A stretch of 25,417 nucleotides of DNA from a virus (lineage: Duplodnaviria > Caudoviricetes), in the IMG/VR virus record IMGVR_UViG_3300028145_000020, positions 1-25,417 of that record; one strand, given 5' to 3'. The stretch's first letter is position 1. Every line of letters begins with the position of its first letter. The position numbers and the translations under genes are program-made. Positions 1 through 7,677 of this stretch are shown piece after piece. The notes below the pieces were generated by a model. That model searched no databases and was not told the origin of the DNA. It worked only from the letters and a program-made list of their open reading frames with translations.

Positions 1-39
1 CGCGTCACGCAAGAATTTATGCAATATTGAGAGGCTAAA

Positions 40-489
40 ATGGCCGGTCGCGGCCGCCCGAGAAAACCGCATCATCTGCATATTGCCGAAGGAACATTGG
101 TTCCCTGCCGGCACGACCCGGACAATGCTATCATCGCGACCGGCACGCCAGAGATGCCGCCAGGGCTGCGCGGCGAGGCGCGGAAGTTCTGGAAGGCGTG
201 GGCGGTGAAGCTGGCCGGTATGGGGGCAGCCGAGGTTGATTCGGCAGAACTGGCGTCAATGTGTGAGTGGTGGGGCCGGTATCGGGCGCTGGCGCGGAAG
301 CGGATGCCAAAGGACATGCTGGACGCAAAGCGGCTGCTGGACGGTCTGAAGCTGGCCTGGCGTGAGTTCGACCACATCGCGGCCCGTTTTGGCCTGACGC
401 CGAGCGACCGCGCGCGGCTGAAGATCACGCCCAAGCCGGTTGCGGACGAGTTTGAGGATATGCTGAACGGGAGGAAAAAGCATGGCTAA
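40..489 (+). CDS. terS: Terminase small subunit (P27 family)
   Basis: N-terminal GRGRPRKP, PPGLRGEARKFW and the C-terminal FGLTPSDRARL motif typical of P27-family TerS; GAGAGG SD upstream; directly upstream of TerL. Confidence 0.93.
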   Translation: MAGRGRPRKPHHLHIAEGTLVPCRHDPDNAIIATGTPEMPPGLRGEARKFWKAWAVKLAGMGAAEVDSAELASMCEWWGRYRALARKRMPKDMLDAKRLLDGLKLAWREFDHIAARFGLTPSDRARLKITPKPVADEFEDMLNGRKKHG

Positions 490-664
490 ATTCTTTGGCG
501 GCCCGTGCGACGGTTGGGATAAGGATCTTACAGATGAAAGCATCGTAGTTTATTTCGACAAGTCCAATCCAACCAAATTCGCTCAATATGACCGCCAGCC
601 CGATGGGAATTACAAATTCGTGATGATTTATGACGAAAATGACTTCCAAAAAGTCGCAGGCTGA
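482..664 (+). CDS. Small hypothetical protein (60 aa, FxGGPxDG motif)
   Basis: ATG overlaps the terS end with GGAGG upstream; FFGGPCDG start is common in small phage proteins; more AT-rich than its neighbours. Confidence 0.65.
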   Translation: MAKFFGGPCDGWDKDLTDESIVVYFDKSNPTKFAQYDRQPDGNYKFVMIYDENDFQKVAG

Positions 665-2426
665 CCTCACGACCGCCTACGCCCGCGCTGTGATCGCTGG
701 TGAGATTGTGGCTGGGCGGTTGGTGCGGCTGGCGTGTGAACGTCATTTGCGCGACTTGGAAACCGCGGCGGCGCGTGGCCTGCGGTGGGATCTGGAAGCG
801 GCCAATTTTGCTATCAAGTTCTTTTCATTTCTGCGCCTGCCCAAAGACGGTGAGATCGATGGCCAGCCATTTATGCTGGCGCCGTTCCAGCAGTTCATCA
901 TCGGCAGTCTGTTCGGGTGGAAGGGTGCGGATGGATATCGGCGGTTCAGGACGGCTTACATCGAGACGGCTAAGGGCAGCGGCAAGACCCCGCTGGCGGC
1001 CGGGATCGGTCTATTTGGGCTGGTGATGGACGGTGAAGCGGCAGCAGAGATCTATTGCGCGGCCACGACGCGGGACCAGGCCGGGATGTTGTTCCGGGAC
1101 GCCAAGCGGATGGCCGAGGCGAGCCGATCGCTGCGGTCCAGGCTGGACATCGGCCTGCATAACGTGGCCTATCACGACAAACACTCATTTTTGCGCCCTT
1201 GCAGCAGCGAACACCATGGACTCGACGGTAAACGCGTGCATATGGCGTTGCTGGACGAGATCCACGAGCATCCGACACCGCTGGTCGTGGACAAGATGCG
1301 GGCCGGGACCAAGGCCAGGACGCAGGCACTTATCATCGAGATCACGAACGCCGGCCACGATCGCACTACCGTCTGCTGGGCACACCACGAGTACAGCGTA
1401 AAGGTTCTGGAAGGCGTTCTGGAGGATGACTCGTGGTTTGCATTCGTTTGTGCGTTAGACCCATGCGACGCTTGCAGGCTGGAGGGCCAGACGCAGCCGA
1501 AAGACGGTTGCAAGGATTGCGACGATTGGCGGAATGAAGCAGTTTGGGAGAAGGTGAATCCGAACCTGAATGTCACGCCCGGGCTGAAGTACCTGCGCGA
1601 GCAGGTGCGGGAAGCGATGGGGATGCCAACCAAGGAAGGGATTGTCAAGCGGCTGAATTTCTGCATCTGGACGCAGGGCGAAACCAGGGCAATCCCCATG
1701 GACCGCTGGGACGCCTGTAAGCGGCAAATCGACTGGAAGCAGTTTGAAGGCCGGGAATGCTTCGCTGCGCTGGACATCGGGTCCACGAGTGACTTTTGTT
1801 GCCTGGACTTGTTGTTCCCGCATGACGATGGCGAGCTGGTGGAAATCCCGCTCGATGCCGAAAAGCCGGATGGTGAGAAACTGTCATTCACGCGCCGCAG
1901 CTATACGCAGATGCCGGTATTCTGGCTGCCAGAGCAATCGGTGAAGCGCGACCACCGAATCCAGGGGATTATCGACCACTGGAAGAAACTCGGGTTGATT
2001 CGGGTCACGGGCGGTGATGTGGTGGACTATGGGCGGGTGCTGTTGGACATTCTGGCGCTGGACCGGGTTTACGGCATCCGCAAGATTGCCGTTGACCGCG
2101 GCTGGCAGGGCGCGCAGATCTGCACCGATCTGATGGCACACCTCGGCGCCGAGCGGGTGGTGATGTTCGTGCAGGGTATTGTCTCGATGGCGGCGCCGTT
2201 CCGGGAATACCTTGAGCTGGTCAAGCTCGGGCGGCTGCATCACGACGGCAATCAGGTCTTGCGCTGGATGGCCAGCAACTGCGTTGCGGAAGAGCGCAAC
2301 GGGCTGAGCAAGCCTAGCAAGGATAAAAGCACGGAGAAGATCGACGGCATTACGGCTGGCGTGATGGGTGTGGGTCTGGCGAGTGCGGAAGCCCCAGCCG
2401 TTGAAGTAACGGTAGACGTCTGGTAG
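630..2426 (+). CDS. terL: Terminase large subunit (HK97/Terminase_1 type)
   Basis: LAPFQQF adenine-binding motif, Walker A-like AKGSGKT, Walker B LLDEIHE, ITNAG coupling motif, nuclease ALDIGS and KIDGITA; start may be ATG 639. Confidence 0.97.
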   Translation: MTKMTSKKSQADLTTAYARAVIAGEIVAGRLVRLACERHLRDLETAAARGLRWDLEAANFAIKFFSFLRLPKDGEIDGQPFMLAPFQQFIIGSLFGWKGADGYRRFRTAYIETAKGSGKTPLAAGIGLFGLVMDGEAAAEIYCAATTRDQAGMLFRDAKRMAEASRSLRSRLDIGLHNVAYHDKHSFLRPCSSEHHGLDGKRVHMALLDEIHEHPTPLVVDKMRAGTKARTQALIIEITNAGHDRTTVCWAHHEYSVKVLEGVLEDDSWFAFVCALDPCDACRLEGQTQPKDGCKDCDDWRNEAVWEKVNPNLNVTPGLKYLREQVREAMGMPTKEGIVKRLNFCIWTQGETRAIPMDRWDACKRQIDWKQFEGRECFAALDIGSTSDFCCLDLLFPHDDGELVEIPLDAEKPDGEKLSFTRRSYTQMPVFWLPEQSVKRDHRIQGIIDHWKKLGLIRVTGGDVVDYGRVLLDILALDRVYGIRKIAVDRGWQGAQICTDLMAHLGAERVVMFVQGIVSMAAPFREYLELVKLGRLHHDGNQVLRWMASNCVAEERNGLSKPSKDKSTEKIDGITAGVMGVGLASAEAPAVEVTVDVW

Positions 2427-2464
2427 GATAACCCGCAACCAACCGATGACTGAGGAACAGTCTC

Positions 2465-4183
2465 GTGCAGCCTTTCCAACTCGTTGGCGGCGCAGGCTTA
2501 GATATTCAAGATCGCATTACCGCACCTGCGCAGGTTCCAGGCTACAGCACCGGATATGAAGAAGCAGCTCTTGAACACGCCTATTGGCAGATGGGCCTGA
2601 GCGAGCAATACCACGACTACCTGGACGATGTTGTCAACGAAGAGACGGCGCTGAAGTATTCGGCCATTTGGGCCTGTGTCCGTTGGATCTCGCAAACGAT
2701 TGCATCTCTCTGCTTCAATGTCTTTGAGCGCGAAGATAAAAAGCGAAAGCAAATCGACTTCCAGGCTGATCCAATTGCCTGGATGCTGCAGATGGAAGCC
2801 AGCCCGGAAATGTCTTCGTTCTGCTGGCGTGAAGTCATGTGCAAGGATGCGCTGACCTGCGGCAACGGCTATTCGGAAATCGAGAAGGACGGGTTTGGCC
2901 GCATCGGCGCCATGTGGTATCTGGATGACGATCGAGTCAGCCCGGACCGCACCTCGGGCGGGAATCTGATTTATGAAGTCAAAAACGGCAGCGGAATGAA
3001 GAATTCCATTCTGCGGCCGGATCAGGTGTTTCATCTCAAGGGCCTGACGGATGACGGGTTGGTGGGGTTTTCGGTCATCAATATGGCCCGCCAGTCAATT
3101 AAATCCGGTCGGGCACAGGACAAGTTTGGGTACGATTTCTTCAGCCGCGGCCCGACACCGGCTGGCGTGTTCTCAACACCGCAGAAGCTGGGAGTCAAGG
3201 AAGAAGAGCAGGCCAGAAAAAGTTTTGACGCACTCTACAGCGGTCGTAAGAACGTCGGGCGGGTAATCCGGTTGACGGGCGGTGCAACCTTCACGCCGCT
3301 ATCGTTGCCGAACAATGACGCGCAATGGATCGAGGGCCGCACGTTCAACTTGGAAGAGATTTGTCGTTGGTTTGGAGTGCCGCCGCATAAGATCGCGGAC
3401 CTGAGCAAATCAACCAATAACAACATCGAGCAGCAATCAATCGAGGCCGTGCAGGACTGTCTCTGGCCGTGGTGCAGGCGGTTCGAGACGGAAGCGAACA
3501 TTAAGCTGTTCGGCCGAACGACCCGCGGCAAACGCTTTGCGCGGCTTGACTTGCAGGAGATTCTGCGCGGTGATTCAGTGGCTCAATCTGAGTCGCTGGG
3601 CAAGCAGGTCGTCAGCGCCATCCGCACGCCGAATGAGGCTCGGGACATTCTGGACCTGGATCCGGACCCGGATGGCGACCAGCTCATGATCCAGGGTGCG
3701 ATGGTGACATTGGAGCGAGCTGCATCCGACCAGCAACCAGTTGCGCCGCAACAGCCCGGAACTGCATCACCGCAACCGTCAACTGAGCCAGGCCAACAAC
3801 AGCCGGCACCGAACAAACAGGCTGCTGCATCGATCAAACAGGCTACTAAGCGACTGCTGAGCGATTTGTACGCCGATTCGTTGCGGATTGAGAAGGACAA
3901 GGCAAATCGAGCCGCGAACAAGAGCGCGCTACCCGAACACATAGCCGCGTTTTACGACGGGCACCAGCGCTGGCTCGGTGAACGGTTGCTGCCAATTTTT
4001 ACCGTGGCTGTCGATGCGCTGGGCTGGAATGACGACCCGAAAGAACTGACGCAGATTGCGGTCCGGCGCCATGTATCCGCCAGCGTATGCGGGCTGCGCG
4101 AGTTTGGGAAAACAGCAATCGAGCAATGGAGCGAACGGGCCGAGAAGCAGGCTGGTGTCGATCTGAAGGAAGTGCAATTGTGA
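2465..4183 (+). CDS. HK97-family portal protein with C-terminal extension
   Basis: ETALKYSAIWACVRWISQTIASL, GNGY, VFHLKG..DGLVGFS, EICRWFGVPPHKI, NNIEQQ, RTPNEAR motifs; GTG start with GAGGA SD. Confidence 0.96.
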   Translation: MQPFQLVGGAGLDIQDRITAPAQVPGYSTGYEEAALEHAYWQMGLSEQYHDYLDDVVNEETALKYSAIWACVRWISQTIASLCFNVFEREDKKRKQIDFQADPIAWMLQMEASPEMSSFCWREVMCKDALTCGNGYSEIEKDGFGRIGAMWYLDDDRVSPDRTSGGNLIYEVKNGSGMKNSILRPDQVFHLKGLTDDGLVGFSVINMARQSIKSGRAQDKFGYDFFSRGPTPAGVFSTPQKLGVKEEEQARKSFDALYSGRKNVGRVIRLTGGATFTPLSLPNNDAQWIEGRTFNLEEICRWFGVPPHKIADLSKSTNNNIEQQSIEAVQDCLWPWCRRFETEANIKLFGRTTRGKRFARLDLQEILRGDSVAQSESLGKQVVSAIRTPNEARDILDLDPDPDGDQLMIQGAMVTLERAASDQQPVAPQQPGTASPQPSTEPGQQQPAPNKQAAASIKQATKRLLSDLYADSLRIEKDKANRAANKSALPEHIAAFYDGHQRWLGERLLPIFTVAVDALGWNDDPKELTQIAVRRHVSASVCGLREFGKTAIEQWSERAEKQAGVDLKEVQL

Positions 4184-4359
4184 GTGAATCGACAGTTGCC
4201 GCTGCCATGTGCCGAGATTTCCGTGATGGCCGCCGCATTTGGGTGCCGCCGACTGGCAAGCCTTTTTGGGCGCATTGCAGTCCGACCGTCAATTTAACTG
4301 ATGAAGAAATCCGACGTTATTTGCCGGATTTGATCGATCAGAAGGAAGCGCAATCATGA
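4180..4359 (+). CDS. Small hypothetical protein (59 aa)
   Basis: GTGA overlap with the portal stop, AAGGAAG SD upstream, ATGA overlap with the next gene; start revised from the track's 4087. Confidence 0.6.
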   Translation: MSESTVAAAMCRDFRDGRRIWVPPTGKPFWAHCSPTVNLTDEEIRRYLPDLIDQKEAQS

Positions 4360-4559
4360 GTGATGAACCAAAACCGACTATTCCCGATTTAGTTCGACGT
4401 AGTTTGAGTCGTTTAGTGATGGCTTGTCCTGAATGTCGTGGCTATGGAAATAAGGGCGGTTTGTTATTTGCAACCGACCGACAACCTTGTCCGATCTGTA
4501 AGCCAGTTAGGCAATGGATTTGGGAAATCTACGGGATCGACTTTGAGGAACTGACATGA
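4356..4559 (+). CDS. Small Zn-finger protein (CPECRG...CPIC), 67 aa
   Basis: Two CxxC pairs; ATGA coupling at both ends; AT-rich codon usage. Confidence 0.7.
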   Translation: MSDEPKPTIPDLVRRSLSRLVMACPECRGYGNKGGLLFATDRQPCPICKPVRQWIWEIYGIDFEELT

Positions 4560-5221
4560 AAGAACTCACGATCCGCATGAAGGACGATATGGCTGAAATC
4601 CTGCTCTATGACCAGATCGGCGAAGACCCGTTTTTCGGTGACGGGATTTCCGCCAAGACGTTCCGCGAACAGATCAAAGCCGTCAAGGCCAGGACGATTA
4701 ACCTTCGCATCAACTCGCCTGGCGGCAGTGTCACTGAAGGCGCGGCCATGATGTCGGTACTGGACGATTTCAAGGGCACGGTGGAAGTAGACATCGATGG
4801 TATGGCGGCCAGCGCTGCCTCGGTGGTTGCCATGTCCGGCGACACGATTCGTATGGCTTCAAATGCGCTGATGATGATTCATGACCCTTACGCTGGTGTC
4901 ATGGGCGGGGCCGATGAGATGCGGCGCACCGCGGATCTGCTCGACAAGGTGAAAGGCCAGATTCTCGACGCTTACGGGCGGCGCGCGAAGGCAGATCGAA
5001 AAGCGATTGCGAAGATGATGACCGATGAGACCTGGTTCAATGGCCAGGAGGCAGTCGAGGCCGGGCTTGCCGACGAAACCACCGCACCGATGCAAATGGC
5101 GGCATCCTTTGATCTGACTAAGTTCGGTTATCGCAAGGTGCCGGAAAAGCCCGGGCCGACTCCCGAGCAGATCGCGGCTTTCAGCGCGCGCAAGGAGCGA
5201 TTCAAGACTCTTTGCTCTTGA
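4556..5221 (+). CDS. Prohead maturation protease, ClpP-like
   Basis: INSPGGSV, DGMAASAAS (catalytic Ser), MMIHDP (His), ETWFNGQEAVEAGLAD. Confidence 0.96.
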   Translation: MKELTIRMKDDMAEILLYDQIGEDPFFGDGISAKTFREQIKAVKARTINLRINSPGGSVTEGAAMMSVLDDFKGTVEVDIDGMAASAASVVAMSGDTIRMASNALMMIHDPYAGVMGGADEMRRTADLLDKVKGQILDAYGRRAKADRKAIAKMMTDETWFNGQEAVEAGLADETTAPMQMAASFDLTKFGYRKVPEKPGPTPEQIAAFSARKERFKTLCS

Positions 5222-5247
5222 CATAAGCTCGCCTGTTTATCTAAATT
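5218..5247 (+). promoter_or_regulatory. Candidate sigma70 promoter for the capsid operon
   Basis: Perfect -35 TTGACA (5218-5223, overlapping the protease stop), 18-nt spacer, -10 TAAATT (5242-5247). Confidence 0.55.
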
Positions 5248-5256
5248 GAATCCATC

Positions 5257-5364
5257 GCCGGGCATTCTTCGATTGCCCAGCACCAAACCAAAATCAGCTA
5301 GGCGCGGCCTTCTTCGATGGTCGAAAGCGAGCAGCTTTCTTCCATCGGTGAGAAATGCCGCGTT
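5257..5364 (+). promoter_or_regulatory. Structured 5' leader of the major capsid gene (candidate translational switch)
   Basis: Two hairpins with the identical loop TTCTTCGAT (5260-5278, 5306-5322); an alternative long stem 5301-5364 sequesters the RBS and ATG. Confidence 0.6.
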
Positions 5365-6722
5365 CAATCACCACAGTCAAAGAAGATTTGGCGCATAAAC
5401 AGCGCTGCGCTCAAGACCTTATCGACCGGGCCGAAAAAGAAAACCGCGTTACCACCGCCGAAGAAAACACGCTTTTCGACAAGCAGATGTCGGACGTGGA
5501 AACGCTCAAAGCCGAGATGGCGGCGCTTCAGGAACATGACCGGCGCCGGACCAGCATCAACGATCTGCGGAAAGAGTTTGAGGAATCTCGGCGGGTCACA
5601 TCGCCAACCGCGGTTGCCAAGCCCAATCCAACCGATTTCGATGGAACGCTGAACCGTTACCGCCGGGACGGCAAGCTCCATGCCTTTACCGGAGCAAATG
5701 CCGAGGAGCGCGCGTACCGCAGCGGTATGTGGGCCAGGGCATTCTGGTTCAACGACGTGCGCGCCCAGAACTGGTGTGTCAATCACGGCATCGACATCCG
5801 CAACGCGCAGGGTGAGAATGTCAATTCGGCCGGCGGCTATCTGGTGCCGGATGAATTCTCGCAGGCCATCATCGACTTGCGGGAACAATACGGCGTTGCC
5901 CGCCAGAACGTTCAGATCATGCCGATGGGCCGCGATACGATGCTGATCCCGCGGCGGGCGGGCGGCATTACGATTGCTCCAATTGGCGAAAATCCTACCT
6001 CGGCAATCGGCCAATCTCAGGCATCCTGGAACAATGTTCGCCTGGTCGCCAAGAAGTTCGGCGGGTTGACTCTGATGTCAACCGAGATCGCCGAAGATGC
6101 GATTATTTCGCTTGCCGACTGGTTGGCACGTGAATTCGCCTACGGCTTCGCGCTGTTTGAAGACCAGTGCCTTTTCCTTGGCGATGGCACGTCAACCTAT
6201 GCCGGTATTCGCGGGCTGGCGAATATTCTTGTCGCCGGCACGCTCATTAGCGCACAGGATGCCGCAACCGGCCACGATACGCTGCCGGAAATTGACGCTG
6301 CCGATTTGACCAAGTGCATGTCGGTCCTTCCGGCCTACGCTCGGCGAAATGCGAAGTGGTTCTGTTCGGCCGCCGCGTCGGATCTCGTCTTTGGCCGTTT
6401 GATGGCTGCTGCCGGTGGAAACAACATCCAGACCATCATGGGCGGCTACGGACTGAGCTATCTGGGTTATCCGATTGTGATTTCGCAGCTTCTGCCGGCG
6501 AGCGGCACAATCAACGACGTGCCGATTCTTTACTTCGGCGATTTGAATCTGGCGGTAACGATGGGCGACCGGCGCCAGGTGACGGTCTTCCCGTCCGAAC
6601 ATCGCTACATGGACACCGACCAGATCGGCATCCGTGCAACGGAACGGTTTGACATCGTGGTTCACGACTACGGTGATACGACCGTTGCCGGTCCAATCGT
6701 TGCGCTTGTGGGCAATACGTGA
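5355..6722 (+). CDS. Major capsid protein, HK97 fold, with N-terminal delta/scaffold domain
   Basis: N-terminal coiled coil; SAGGYLVPDEFS, LVAKKFGGL..MSTEI.ED, YLGYPIV, ILYFGDL, IGIRATERFD motifs. Confidence 0.97.
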   Translation: MPRSITTVKEDLAHKQRCAQDLIDRAEKENRVTTAEENTLFDKQMSDVETLKAEMAALQEHDRRRTSINDLRKEFEESRRVTSPTAVAKPNPTDFDGTLNRYRRDGKLHAFTGANAEERAYRSGMWARAFWFNDVRAQNWCVNHGIDIRNAQGENVNSAGGYLVPDEFSQAIIDLREQYGVARQNVQIMPMGRDTMLIPRRAGGITIAPIGENPTSAIGQSQASWNNVRLVAKKFGGLTLMSTEIAEDAIISLADWLAREFAYGFALFEDQCLFLGDGTSTYAGIRGLANILVAGTLISAQDAATGHDTLPEIDAADLTKCMSVLPAYARRNAKWFCSAAASDLVFGRLMAAAGGNNIQTIMGGYGLSYLGYPIVISQLLPASGTINDVPILYFGDLNLAVTMGDRRQVTVFPSEHRYMDTDQIGIRATERFDIVVHDYGDTTVAGPIVALVGNT

Positions 6723-6746
6723 TTTATTATCAGGAGTGTTTTCGCC

Positions 6747-7052
6747 ATGGCCAAAATCATCGTCAATTACGCTGGCGATGTCACGGATGACAAGCGGAAA
6801 TCGTTGACCAAGAAAATGGCGGACCTTTTAGCGGTTCTGGAAGAGGACATTATCATCCTCTCGAATGTGACCATTTCCGTTGTGGAAATCCCTGCGGAAA
6901 TGACCAAGGCCAGGGCTGCCAAAGACAAGGAAGACGCTGCGGCAGCCGAGAAGGCCGCCCACGAAAAGGAAAAGGCCGAAAAGGCGGCGGCGGCAGCGGC
7001 TGCCAAGGCCGAGAAAGCTGAAGCCAAGGCGCACGCACACGACAACGCATGA
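6747..7052 (+). CDS. Hypothetical protein with Ala/Lys/Glu low-complexity helical tail
   Basis: AGGAG SD; globular ~50-aa N-terminus followed by AEKA repeats. Confidence 0.8.
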   Translation: MAKIIVNYAGDVTDDKRKSLTKKMADLLAVLEEDIIILSNVTISVVEIPAEMTKARAAKDKEDAAAAEKAAHEKEKAEKAAAAAAAKAEKAEAKAHAHDNA

Positions 7053-7297
7053 AAGAGCTACCCAAGTGCCGGGTCATTCTGGCTTACGGCACTTTTCGCG
7101 TTGGCAACATCATTACCCCGCCGGCGATGCTGCGCGGCTGGCTGATGGCTCGTGGATTCATCGAACTGGTTGAACCTGCCGAGAAATCGGCAAATCTCGG
7201 AGAGAAACATGATCTCGTTGCAAGACGTGAAGATCCTCAACACGACGCCGCCGGTCGCCAGCGTAAACAACACAAGCGCGCTCACAACCACGATTGA
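7049..7297 (+). CDS. Small head-associated hypothetical protein
   Basis: ATGA coupling; the RVILAY..FRVGNII....RGWLMARGFIE pattern resembles small proteins often found after HK97 capsid genes; the C-terminus overlaps the next gene. Confidence 0.65.
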   Translation: MKELPKCRVILAYGTFRVGNIITPPAMLRGWLMARGFIELVEPAEKSANLGEKHDLVARREDPQHDAAGRQRKQHKRAHNHD

Positions 7298-7670
7298 CAC
7301 GCTTGGGTTTGATTACTGCTCCATCTTCGTGGAGTTCGGCGTCATGGACGCGGCGCTTACGGTGTTGAAGGTCCAGGAGTCGGACTTTGCCAACATGTCG
7401 GGTGCTGCCGACATCACGGGTTTGATTTACGGCACCAGCACGAACATCGCTGGCTCGGTGAGCGCGTTGCCATCCAGCACCAGCGACAACACGGTATTTG
7501 GCTTCGACATCGACCTGAAAGCCCGCAAGCGATACCTGGACGTGGTTGCGACCGTTGGGGCCGCCGGCACGACCGGGGCTTTCATTACTTGCCAGAGTGT
7601 TCTTTCACGTGCCGAGCAGGCGCCGACAACGGCCGCCGCACGCGGGTGCGCCGACATCCTCCGGGCTTGA
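7209..7670 (+). CDS. Putative capsid cement/decoration protein (Bbp16-like beta-sandwich)
   Basis: GGAGA SD before ATG 7209; IDTLG..LKVQESD..DLKARKRYLDVVATV pattern recalls Bbp16-like cement proteins; lies just after the capsid gene; Ser/Thr rich. Confidence 0.65.
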   Translation: MISLQDVKILNTTPPVASVNNTSALTTTIDTLGFDYCSIFVEFGVMDAALTVLKVQESDFANMSGAADITGLIYGTSTNIAGSVSALPSSTSDNTVFGFDIDLKARKRYLDVVATVGAAGTTGAFITCQSVLSRAEQAPTTAAARGCADILRA

Positions 7671-7677
7671 GATTTAC

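Noticed and set aside
1-39. cos site upstream of terS
   Set aside because: The position is plausible for HK97-type phages, but 39 nt give no diagnostic sequence
6920-7030. DNA tandem repeat or CRISPR-like array (AAGGCCG units)
   Set aside because: It reflects Ala/Lys/Glu low-complexity coding; no regular repeat-spacer structure. No CRISPR array, tRNA or rRNA was recognised anywhere in the window
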